A program made the position numbers and the translations under genes. A DNA stretch of 51,862 nt, counting the filler, from Dirinaria sp. TL-2023a (taxonomy: Eukaryota), in NCBI GenBank assembly GCA_051941275.1. It is 3 parts of 3 records of this genome, joined end to end, with 100 filler letters (N's around TTAATTAATTAA, not from the genome) between each part and the next. Parts side by side here need not be neighbours in the genome. Positions count along the whole stretch, not along the records: positions 1 to 17,233 come from JAVEBF010000441.1; 2 more parts are not named here. One strand, 5' to 3'. Shown piece after piece: positions 1 through 11,766 of the stretch. Numbering within the stretch: the stretch's first letter is position 1; every line of letters begins with the position of its first letter. Below the pieces are notes generated by a model. It saw only the letters and a program-made list of their open reading frames with translations. It was not told the DNA's origin and did no database searches.

Positions 1-3000
1 GAATATGAAGAGTCACTCAGATCATTATCTCATCAGAACGATTTTGAATTTAAAGACTATATTTGCAGTGAGAAGTGAGAAAAGAAACTGAGTTAAAATG
101 AAGATAGCAATGCTGCGAGAAACGACACGCGAGTTTATAAAAGAAAAGTCGACACTGAGTCTCGATAAAGCAAACGACAGCGATTTGATCAGCAGCGCGA
201 TAGACGAGCAAGTACAGCTGCTAGTCGATATCATAAAAAAAGCAATTGACGCATTAACATCATTCTGCAGATATAGCTCGAAAATGAAACTCGACTTCAC
301 AGAGAAATGCAAAAGAGCATCTCGCAAGATTAAAAAACTTAGAAGAAAATATCAACAAAGCAGAGATGAAGAGAACTGAAAGCGTTACAAAAAAATCAGA
401 AATCGTTTAAACAAAATCGTCAAGAAAGCAATGACAGCGCAATTTAAAAAAAAGACGACTGAAGCTTGCGAAACGTCAATCAAGATGTGATCAAGATGCA
501 AATGAGTAAGAAAAGACGCAGTGCAAGAAGCAAGCATGTCAGCATTATATACTCAATCATCGTTTATGTCAGAAGTCGATTCAGCAAAAAAAGCAGAAAT
601 ATTACTCAAGACGTTCTTTTCATCATCACTCGATACAGATCTGGCAGATATAAACGAAGTCACATATGTGCAAAGTCTACGTATAGATGATATAGATACG
701 CATGAGATGATAACAGCGTTAGCGAAGATTGCAGTCAATAAAGCATCTGAAGATGACGACATAACAAATAAGGTTTTGAAGCAATTGAGAGACATTATAG
801 CATCGATGCTATACAGAATATATAACGCCTGTCTAAAAACTGATTACTGCTCGGAGCACTTTAGAAACGCAGTTACGATCGCGCTAAGAAAGTCGAGAAA
901 AGACGACTATACAGTAGCATCGTCATATAGATCAATCGCATTACTCAATATTATTAGCAAGTTAATGAAACATATCATCGCAAGACGAATTAGTTATCTT
1001 ATCGAAGCACACAATCTGCTACTCAGAACGCAGATGAGCGCAAAAAAAACAACATCAACGAAACACGCTATACACTACATGCTAAAAAGAATATACGCGA
1101 TCTGAAACAGAGATGAGGTAATCACAGCGCTATTGTTTAATATAACTGACGCGTTTAACAATGTAACAAGACGACGCTTATTGTATATACTCCGTCAAAA
1201 AGATATAGACGAGAAAATAATGAGATGAATCGAAGTCTGATTACATGATCGAACAATCATATTGAAAACGTGCGAGCACGTGACAGAAAGAGTTGACATA
1301 TCGATAAACATATCACAGAGATCGTCGATGTCATCTATACTCTTTTTGTTTTTCATAACAACTCTGCTAAAGGAGCTGAAAAGCAAAAACGTATTTACAT
1401 GCGATTTTGTTGATAACACAGATATTTTGACATTAGAAAGGGACACGAAAGGCAACTGCGATAAGCTGACGACTGTACACGACGAAATATGCATGAACTG
1501 AGCAAGAAGACACGGAGTTAAGTTCAATATCAAGAAGTATCAATTATGTCACATGACGAGAAAGCAAATACTGAATCTAGAAGCGTCATTAACGATCAAT
1601 GGTAATAGAGAAATAAAATCGATAAAAGCAGTCAAATATCTAGGCATAAAATTGAACTATCAATTGAACTGAGAGCAGCATGTGAAGGATATTAAGATCA
1701 AAACGCTAAAAACTATAGATGCTTTTAACAGACTAGTAGGGTCGACGTGAGAAGCAAATTTTCTGCGTATGAGGCAGATAATGCATGCAATATTGCTGCC
1801 GCAATTGTCATATGAATGCTCAGCATGATATAGACCGCAAGATAAGAAAAATAAGCTCACAAAGACACAAATGATGTGACTAAAAGATATAGTATATGAG
1901 GCCGAGAAAGCAATATCGGGTGCGTTTAGAGCAACGTCAAGAATAGTCTTACACATAGAAACGCACACACAGTCGTTTAAAACGATACTCGATAAAACGA
2001 CATACACGACAGTAATTCGAATTGCAACTAGCTCTGCTTATGATCTTATATTAAAGCTCAGATCGAAAAAGAAGAACAGAAAAATCAGTTCGCTAAAAGC
2101 ATTGACTCTGAGACTACGAAAAGAAATGAAAATAGATGTCGATCAGATAAAAAAGATAGTTTCGTTCGTTGCGACATCGTGATGAAAATCATCAGCGATT
2201 AATATACAATCGTCAAAAGATAAGACAGAAAAGAAACACAAGAATCTGATAAACGAGACACAGAATATGATGATATACACGAACGATAACGGCATCAATG
2301 ACAAGATAGAAACTGCGACAGTAGTATCAGAGACGACGTACAGAGCGTATCTAGACAAGAAAAAACACTATACAATGTACTCAGCAGAGTTTTATGAAGT
2401 CATTCTGACTCTGATCATAGCATTAAAGCACATCAGCAGAAAAATCATCATATGTGCGAACAATCAGACTGCCGTTCGAGCTATAACGAACTCAAGAGCT
2501 AAATCAGAACAACAGTATGTCGCATTCGCGATATAACTTATAGAGCGGCTCAGAAGACAGCTTGATGTCGAGATAGAGCTACACTGAGTGCTCGCGCACA
2601 GCGGCATTGACGACAACGAAGCTGCAGACATAGCTGCTAAAGAAGCGACGAGCTGAAGACGTAAAAGACAGCGTCGCGAGAGATATGTTGAGAAGAATAC
2701 AAACAACACCGCGAAGCAGACGATGATAAAAGACATATTAAGCAGCCCTCTAAACACAAGTATCAAAACGACGATGAAGCAAAAATGACGCACACAATGG
2801 CAAAAAAGCAGTATAGAAAAAGCGCTGCGAGATATTGAGTCACGATCAAGAAAAGATATTTTGAAGCTTCACGAAAATCTCACAAAGGCACAAAACGCGC
2901 TAGCGGTGCAGATGAGAATCGACAAAATAGATCTTCGTCAATTTCTGCATCGCAGAAAGATGTCAGACTACGATAGCTCTATGTGCGAATGCAGAGAAGA

Positions 3001-3523
3001 GCATCAAACTGTCAAACACGTGCTATTTATATGCAGAAAGCATAACGTACTGAGAAGAGGCTTGTGAAATAAGAAGAAAAAAGAGACGACTTGAGAAAAA
3101 CTGAATCTGAAGATACTAACGCAAGCAGCGAGTCTCAAGAAAGCGATTATCTTCATGACAGATACAGAATTTCTAGATCAATTTGAGAAGTCAAATATAG
3201 AGGACAACGATAGAGAACATGATGCTTAAAGCATCACGTGCATTTAAACCGACAACTTATTGCCGCAGAATGAAGTAAGAGGTATGAAATCAGAGACGAT
3301 TGTACCGAATGAAATCACCTCAGAAGAAAAGCAACAAAACAGAAAAGCAAACCGTCAGCAGAACTGCGCGATTGCAGAATACGCAGCTTCATTTTGATGA
3401 AGCAGTGTTGAGGGGCAAGGATGACGCATTCTGATTGGTTAGATATAGTATGACTAATGACCGCATAGCTAGTCTTTGATAGGACGGGCTGCGAGTGCCT
3501 AATGAATTAATTAATCAATCAAT
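1..3523 (+). mobile_element. Degenerate non-LTR retrotransposon (LINE, Tad1-like), ORF2 remnant with RT, RNase H and C-terminal Cys/His knuckle; 5' end cut by the contig start
   Basis: Degenerate RT motifs: KASEDDDI (cf. KAPGPDGI), SYRSIALLN (cf. YRPIALL), SQRSSMSSILF (cf. PQGSPLSPILF), FVDN (cf. YADD/FVDD), KYLGI. RNase H motifs: IYTNDN, SAE, H*VLAHSGIDDNEAAD. Knuckle: CECREEHQTVKHVLFIC. Many TGG>TGA stops, A-rich, and ends in a short AATT/AATC tandem tail at ~3500-3523. Confidence 0.93.
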
Positions 3524-3748
3524 GCCCTGACGCACTTTCCAACATGATTCAACGATATTTGTAAATTACTTTGTGCTCAGTAAGCTCCTATAGCCACGTA
3601 CCGGACAATACAATACACTTCTGAGATGCATGATGGCGACACCTAACGTTTGCGTCTTGGCATTTTTGTATATGCTCAGCACTTCTCTGCCTCAGATACT
3701 CTCCCTCGTGCGATCATGCTTTGCACTATGGTCCACTACAGTAGAAAA

Positions 3749-5502
3749 TTACGGCAGCCGTCTTCGAATCCTGCATTTTGCTCGACCTTTGACGCCTAGT
3801 GTACCGGTACCGAAATATCTCATGTCAACTTCTGGTAGCGGTCTTTCTAGGGAAATATCGAAGTTCAAGGCGAGGAGAGCCGCTGTCAGCAAAATCTCTT
3901 GTTTGGCGAAGTGTCGGCCAGGACACATGAATGAGCCTCCGCCATATGGGATCCATGCACCAGCAAGACCATGCAGTGAGAAGTGGGGTATTGTTTCCGT
4001 CTGGTGAGTAGCACATTTCCCAGATTTCTGTTGGGTTTGTAAAAAGCGTTCTGTCCAGAACTCGTCCAGTGGATGAGGATCGTCTTCTGACCCGACAGAA
4101 TACACTCTCTCGTCACGGTGTGCTAGAAAACTCATTGCCGCAACAACGCTACCTTGGGGTAAAAGCCAGTTTCTTAGTCTCATGTCCTCGTGGGTTGGTG
4201 TTCGCAAGATGATGTTCGCCACGCGGAGACGGAGTGTCTCTGCGTAAAGCGATTGAAGAAATGGCGAAGCACAAAGAGTCGTGAGATCGAAAGGCGAGAT
4301 GCTCTCTTCGTCTAAAGCACCGCAACGAGCCAGTGATATGGTATCCCGAAACTGGTCGAGAACGCTTGGGGAACGAAAGACCTCATATATTAGCCAGAAA
4401 GCAGCGTGAATAGCGTTCGAACTGGATCTATTTTCATGTTAGCAGCAGTCATAAGAAGACTAAGTAGCGGGCCATGAGTCTACCCCCATATCAAGGCCAA
4501 ATCTTCAGAAGCTCTAGCGTCAGCATTCATAGGCTCCATTTTTGCAAAAGCGCTATGCCGCCGTTGCACAAGTCGCGAGCCAAATTGAGGATCATAATCG
4601 TTGCACGGCACCGTCCCAGTTCTTTTCTGATCGTTTAGAAAGCTCTGCCATTTTTTGACACCCGCAATGCACCTGTCGCGAGCCTTGTATGCTCCACGAT
4701 TCAAGAACCGAGGATAACCCTTAGCGAGCTCTGGTACATGGGCCTCAAATTTAGCAAAATCTTTGCTGAATTCTGGGTTGAGTTCGAATATGGACGAGCC
4801 AAAAATTGCCTCGACAGACGCGTGGAAGACGTGTTCTTGCACGAAAGCATAGAGATCTGGGACGTCGGACCACTCCTGCGTAACTTCGAGTTGCTCTAGG
4901 CGTTGTGAAATATTGTTCGAAAATCGTGTCGCAAGTGGTGCTAGGTCAGGGCCAGAGAGAAATTGAGTAATCAGCGAATGCATCAGATAATCCACCCGAT
5001 GATCTAGTTTGATCTTGCTACCTGCACGAGGCTCACGACCCAAGCCCGAGTCATCGGCCGCAAAGAAGCGTTTAAAGCTCGAAGGCACTCCAAATGTATT
5101 ACTCACGAATTCTCGATAGATTTTGTTGGTAAGATTTTTTGACTGTCCAAAGATTTCATTGATGTCGCTAGCTCTGGTCAGAAGTACCATGTCCATTACA
5201 ACCAGTCGAATACGAATGGGAATACCCTCGAAGCGACGTCTTCAGATTTAAATTGTCACCTAAGTGCAAACTACAGAGAAGATAGAGACTTACTTAATAC
5301 GGGAAGTGAATGCAGGCGTATCCCATGAGAAGGAAAGCGTATGCCCGAGCCAAGGGAGAGCAAATGGCACAGTCGGTGGCCTCATGTCCACTCTCGGACA
5401 AGCAGTGACATTCCGCACTGCTAAATTACATTGAATGAGGTCCAACATACACAAGAATAGTGCAGAGAATAGAACAATTGGGATTGTCAGTAACGGACTC
5501 AT
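3749..5502 (-). CDS. Cytochrome P450, CYP7/CYP8-like fungal type (3 exons)
   Basis: N-terminal TM anchor, PPTVPFALPWLGH, I-helix IWGSSSNAIHAAFW, ETLR (ExxR), heme motif PYGGGSFMCPG. GT-AG introns at ~5294-5241 and ~4483-4429 keep the frame open. Confidence 0.9.
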
Positions 5503-6867
5503 AATCACTTGTCTTGCAGCATCTTCGACAAGGATTTCGTAATAATGAGCGAAAGACACGGTGCTCGAAGTAACAAACAGCATCTTGGGGTTTATGAGAT
5601 ACAGGGATTAGTGAGGAACAGGAGAAGAACATTGAAAAGCGACACTCAGGAAGTTACTCTGTTCTCTATCCTACCAGCTGGCTTACTCTTCGACAGGAAA
5701 GGGGTATTGAAACATAAAAGGTATTGTAACTTACGATAGCATCTCGCAAAGAATTGATCAGGTCCATACCTGCGCTGAAGCGCCACCTTCAGCTCAGTGT
5801 CTCAAATTCTTAACCAAGAGTGATGTGTGTGCGTGATGTTGGTGAGCAGTGCAATGTACATACTAGTGACGCTGATCGCGTCGCCGAAGGAGTATCTCCG
5901 TACTGTAGGTAGTCATGCGATAAGCTATGCCCCCACTAGCGTAATGCACGCCAAGAGGTCCTCGAGGTGATCCGATGCGTGGATGTTAGGTAATTCTTGA
6001 TGGGATTCTGAGTGGCTTGCAGTTGATCCGACTAAAGACGCATGTCGCGCTAGCCAGCACTTACTGTACGTGTAAGGCACACTTCTCCGTCGAAGGAGCG
6101 TGACTTGAGATAATTGCAGCGCTTAGCATACATCAGTATTTTCTACTATAGGCAGCACTACCCCGATGCTGAAGCGGTAGACGCGCTGTCTTGATACGAT
6201 GACATTGTGGCCTTAAACTCAACTAATTAACGAATGTGATGCAGTGAGTCTTCTCGTCACACTTGTCCCGTTGCCTTTTATGCAAAGCAGATCTACACTG
6301 GCGTTATCAAGTGCCCTCCTTCCAGCTACGACTTGTAGGATGACAAGGATTCCTCATGACAGTTGCCTCATTGCCTTTGGTGCATAACATGTCCGAGCTG
6401 ACTTGATCGAGTGCTCCACTTTCAGCTAATGTAGGTAGGATGCGCAAATTAGCTCACGGCAGTTGCCTTGCGGCGTAAGCGGTGCAGGTCTTGTTCTTCC
6501 AATGACTTGAGTGAGCTATCAGTGCTCTGCACACCCTCGGAATGACGGGGTAAAGTCTCTAGTTAGAGGTGCTGCAAGCGATTACGAATTGGTCTTCATC
6601 CGTGTCCGTGCCTTAATCAGGAGTGCTCATGACACAATCGCCCCTACGCTTGCCGATTTAAGAACAATGAGGGGGCTTGACCAGGCTGTGGATTTTTCAC
6701 ATCGGTCTTGATTGCAGGGTAAATGTTCTAGACCTAGAGGGACTTATTAAGTTCAGCTTCTCTGGCAAAGTCTTACTGGCAAATAGCATTTGCAAGTCTA
6801 TTTGATTTTCCCACAGAGTGCTATCTATGCACCTCACAATTTTACCAATCCCAAAGGCTTTTCCGAG

Positions 6868-8217
6868 ATGCATTCTTATTCTGATGCTGGGAGGATGAGT
6901 AAGTCGGCTGTACTGGTAAGATTATGCTGCACCAAATTGCTTCAACAAGCTTTGAAAGCTAATTTATCTGCCAGGGATCTGCGATTGCTCTATATATTTT
7001 TGCAATGTTAGTGGCCATTGCTCGTACGACATTGCGGCTCTACTTTCAGAAACGCCTACTTATCGACGATGGATTCGTCATTGTGGCAATACTCCTTGCT
7101 TCCGTATGTTTGGCACTCTATATACAATTCATGGATGCAATGTTCCTATCAGAGTCTATAACCGAAGGACACTTCCCGCCCGAAGTAGCACTAGGAACCA
7201 TTGAAAGTGAAGCTCTTCGACTGCACAAACTGAGTGACGTGTTCCTCATTCTTACCTGGACAGCAATCTTTGCTGTGAAATTTGGTTTTCTATCCTTTTT
7301 CAAAGGCCTCATCAATCGTGTTCGCCCAGTGGAACTTCTTTGGCGGGGCATCGTGGGACTAACAGTGATTACTTGGATGGGTGGTTGTGTTGCATCTGTC
7401 ATCGGGTGCCCATATTTTGACTCGAGATCTAGTACGATACGTTATTTGAACGCTCATAAGCAAAGTTCGCTAATAATTGACAGCTTCTTGTGCGCGAGGC
7501 AACCAGCTTCCCAAGACTGTGGCGATTGCAGCCTCACTAGTAGCCTTGGACATTCTGACAGACCTTGCAAGTAATGCTTCCCTTACTACTTAGTATTAGT
7601 ATATGTATATCTAATACTGTCATCCCTGCAGTAACATCCATTCCTGTCTTTATACTCCGCCAAGTACGGCTGAGATCTCGCACTAAGATCCTCCTTACCT
7701 GCTCGCTCTGTCTGTCCGCAGTCATGATCATCGTGACTATCATCCGAGTGTCAGGTCTCCATGATCCTAAAGCAAACGCCATTGACGTCGTCTGGGAAGT
7801 GCACTGGCAGTGGGTGGAAGTTTGCGTCGCCATAACCATGGTATCTCTCACCGCATTCCGCTCTTTCTTCATCCAGCATTCAAGTCGGAACCAGCCATCC
7901 CCGAAAAAGCCTTGGCATGCCAGCATCAAAGCGGCTGTAGTGGGCCATCATTTTTCACAAGAGAACCTGGCGACTCGCGAATGGGCTCAAATCCCAGGAG
8001 GGACGATGACAGGAATGAGATCCTTCATCAATGGGAATGGAGACGAGGGGAATGAAGATGTGTGGCCGTTGCGAGAACAGTCAGACGGGCAGGACATAAG
8101 AGTCCATCACAACGGCTGCGTCCAAAGGTAAGATCCTCTGAGTCCGCTCTATCAAAAGAAGTTGATGCTCATCTTCTCAGTAGCTCTCGGACGATTTTAG
8201 ACTGCACGGAGCATTGA
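6868..8217 (+). CDS. PTH11-like / fungal rhodopsin-domain integral membrane protein (no CFEM domain seen)
   Basis: Spliced model has multiple hydrophobic helices with family-typical motifs: DDGFV, WTAIFAVKFGFLSFF, DILTD, IIRV, WQWVEVCVAITMVSL. About 4 GT-AG introns. Confidence 0.82.
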
Positions 8218-8758
8218 TGCAAAGGATGAGAGCGAGATGGCCGCAGCTGACCTACCAATTGCTTGTTCACTTGTTGAGCCAGCGCTCATTGATTGAAGTA
8301 AAGATTGAGACAGCCATAATACCAAACAGAAAAATCAGATCATACAGCGCAATGATAATTCCAAAATTGTGCGTACGTGATGACTTATCTGCACACAACG
8401 CTATCCGTGGCATATCCTTGTAGGGCGACCTGACCGTTAAAACTATATCTTTGCCCATTAGCCTCCGAAGAAGTCTGTAAAAGACTCGGCTAAAGTACAA
8501 ATATCTGCGCTTAAAGGCTCTAGCTAGCCATCAGAAAGTGCCTTTGCCCGATATCTTAGTTATATGTAGATGAGGTTCTTTGGAAGACCAAATTGGAGAT
8601 CGAGGAAGTTCTTTTGGGGATTCCGCCTCTCACCCACCCAAGACGACGATGTCATAATGTGGAATTTGGAGCGAAACTTCTAAGCTTTTAGTAGAGAAAA
8701 GAGCGACTGTTCAGACTATGGGCTTCTCTAGCGGTAACTTCCGGTCAATTGTCATAGG

Positions 8759-10597
8759 CTATTCGTGCCCTTGACACCTTGGCTTAATTTGAACGATCAA
8801 ATCACCCAACGGCGCCATAACGCCTAACACTGGCTTTCCAGCTCCAGCCCGCGGCAGCACTTGATCTCCTGTCAGCTTCAAATCGAATTGATGCAGCACC
8901 ATAGCCACAAATGTCAGCACCGTTTGCTGTGCCACAAACCGTCCAGGGCACAATGTCTGGCCTCCGCCAAATGGCCGCCAGCTGGGACTTCGCGCCAGAT
9001 TAGGATGGTTCAGGAACCTAGTAGCGTTGAAGTAATCCACGTCCACACCGAAGACCCCTTCATCGAAATGCAACTGGCGATAGGGGATCATCAATCGGTT
9101 ACCTTTACGGAAAACTTTACCATTGATAGTGGTATCTTTAGTGATGAACCGGACGGATGCAGATGCGCTGGTGAGCCGGAGTGTCTCTAGCCAAATACTA
9201 TTGAGCAATGGACACTTCCTAGTGAGGTAACGGAGGTCAAGTGATTGGTGGGAAAATGCGGGGGCGATTTCAGACCTGATTAAAGGTATCAAGATCGAAT
9301 TTTTGCTGATGTACGCGAGCATCCAGAAGGCCATCTTTGGCGTATTGGTATTGATCCTAGAGAGATGCGGTCAACCCTCTTTCTGGTCAGTTACCATACA
9401 AGGGTATTCACCCCCAATACAGGATCATCATCATTGTAGCAATCTCTCGATTTGAGAGACCAAGACGACCCATCTCCCTTTCAAGCACGCCGATTGACCA
9501 AGCTGCATCACGTCTCTGATCGCTCGGTGTCAAGAAATAGCAGTCTAACGCATCGATAAGCTTGTCTTGCGATCGGCGCATTGCACGGCTAAAGGATCTT
9601 GGTAGATTAAACAGGAGCTGCCAGCTGAGATTGTCGAAGTGAAGAAAAGTCTGGGCAAGCTTAGAATCAATGTTCGCAAGACTGCGTCCGAAATATACAG
9701 TCTGCCCAGCATCCACCAGTAATTGTGAGCACACTTTCCATAAAGATATTGCGCGCGTGCTTGTCGAGCCTTGTAGCCGCGTCGAAAGCTCAGCAGCCAT
9801 AATTCCTTGACGAAGATGGTCATGGAAATACTGTATGAATAAATTGCCAATGGAGTCAAGCCCTGGTCCTGGATAAAGCTGTTGTGTATGTATATCGTGT
9901 GTCAAAGCCGTAAAGCATTTATTGCGCGGATTCGGGAACTCCGTGTGTGTTTGAGGAACATCGAACATTGCCCCAATTGCTCGCGCAGAGCATCCACATG
10001 TTTTCATTAAACGTTCGGCGAAAACATCAAAAGAAAAATGAGTAGTGTTCCTGTAGGCCACTGAGATATCCATAGGATTTGTAAGCACGTACAACTTATT
10101 GCCGGTCACGGAAATCGCAAACGGATCTTTTGAATCGCCAATATACTGTCTGCAAATCTTCCTTAACGTCTAGGCGAAAAACAATGGCGCGTTTAACTTA
10201 CATTCCATGACATATTAGTCGATCCGAGTCGTAGAAGAACGATCTGGCATGACCTGTAAGAAGGCATATCAAATATCAGCTGAGGCACAAAGCCTAGTAT
10301 GTACGCCGCAAAGGCAGAGAAGGACACTAGATTCCGTGTCTGTGATTCACCTAGCCCTATGCATATGATTAGCTTTTACTTCCCATCTCGATGATTCTAT
10401 TAAGACCAACATGGTATCCAGTAGGGTATCTCTGCTGGCTCCGTATGGTGTATCCTGGGCGATACGGAGAACCTCCAAAACCTCCAACAAAGAAAAAAAC
10501 AGATGAGGGCGAGAGTATGCAGATGGTATCTCCATGCCTCGACCGTAAAATGATAAAGTAATACACACTGAACTCTAACAGTGATTTGAGAAAGCAT
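8759..10597 (-). CDS. Cytochrome P450, CYP7/CYP8-like fungal type (5 exons including a 6-nt microexon)
   Basis: Spliced PYWIPWLGH, I-helix LYWGINTNTPKMAFW, ETLR, heme motif PFGGGQTLCPG. The frame is open after splicing. Confidence 0.9.
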
Positions 10598-11766
10598 GGC
10601 GGATACAGACAACTTTAGTGTTTTCACCGAGAAAAGTGAGGGTCAAGGCTGATATTAAGCTATCAGTCATTGTGAGCCTGATTCTGACAGGCATGGACGT
10701 GTAAGCCCAATCAAGCTGCTAGGATGTGTTTTCCAGCCCGATTCTGCATTGGGCAACATGTTTATAATATCAGAAACATATCTGACTGTAAGTCGTATCA
10801 CCGTGCAATTGGAGGACGATGGGCTCCACTCCTTGTGGCACAAAGTTTTCATCCGAAAAATTTGGACGCGGTGTAGATTGCTTCCTTCTGCCATGACCGA
10901 AAGTCAGTGTACAATAAGATGTATAATTGAAAGGTCCTTAGAGATGCACAGATTCCGCGGCTGCAAGCATCTTCAATCTTCGAGACTTTCGGCCGTACTG
11001 ATCCAGCCTGGCAATGTTACTGGACCGCTCATGGGGGACTAGCTGGGGCTGAAGCCTCATGTTAGCCCGCGGCCTAAGCAGAGTCATATAATGTCCGACG
11101 GCCCATTCGATGATCGCATTCCATACTTACTAACTGTTTCAAATGCTGTTTTGTTACCTGCGTATCATTAGGTATCAGAGGGTCATAAAATACCGTGGTA
11201 AGAAATTATACCGTATGTGATGAACAGACCAATCGGACGCGAGAACCCCTGAGCACGGTAAAGATGCATATGTAGGATGCTCACCAAGTAATGACAAAGC
11301 GTAGGCCGTGGCATAGATGTGCCGCGCGCGACATGTCTGGATTAAAGATCCTTGTAATGTCAGCTCGATCAAAGTTCCGAGATAGCGAGCCCACAATTCG
11401 TGCGCTTCTTCTTTCGAATGCTATCGCTAGGTAAGTCGAACGCCTCTTGTTTGCCTGCCATTGGAAGTACCATGACTAGTCGTATTCTGTGTACCGCATT
11501 CAATTTTGAGAGCTGCAAACGACCCTCTGCGCTCGAAATTCTGAAATTGCACCAACCTATGCTCCACTGTGCACCTGCAACACGTTGCGCCACTGGCATT
11601 CGAGGAGAGATGCATTTCAAAACCTAAGCCTTCCGAAGATAAGGTACTCCCGTGAAGTTTTAAGAGGTAGAACTGGGAGTCCACTACTTGGACCTGATGA
11701 TTTTTTATAAGGGCCAGTAATATTCGCTACCTGGTATCTTGAAAACGCTCCACACTTCAGCAGAAC

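Noticed and set aside
98..3067. Recoding of TGA as Trp (alternative genetic code) in the LINE ORF
   Set aside because: TGA at Trp positions co-occurs with pervasive Gly and Pro loss and is better explained by G>A hypermutation. Neighbouring genes use TGG and standard stops.
11400..11766. Frameshifted or truncated N-terminus of the PDR transporter
   Set aside because: I could not build a reliable upstream exon. PDR N-termini are variable and a start at 11767 is possible, so no lesion is claimed.
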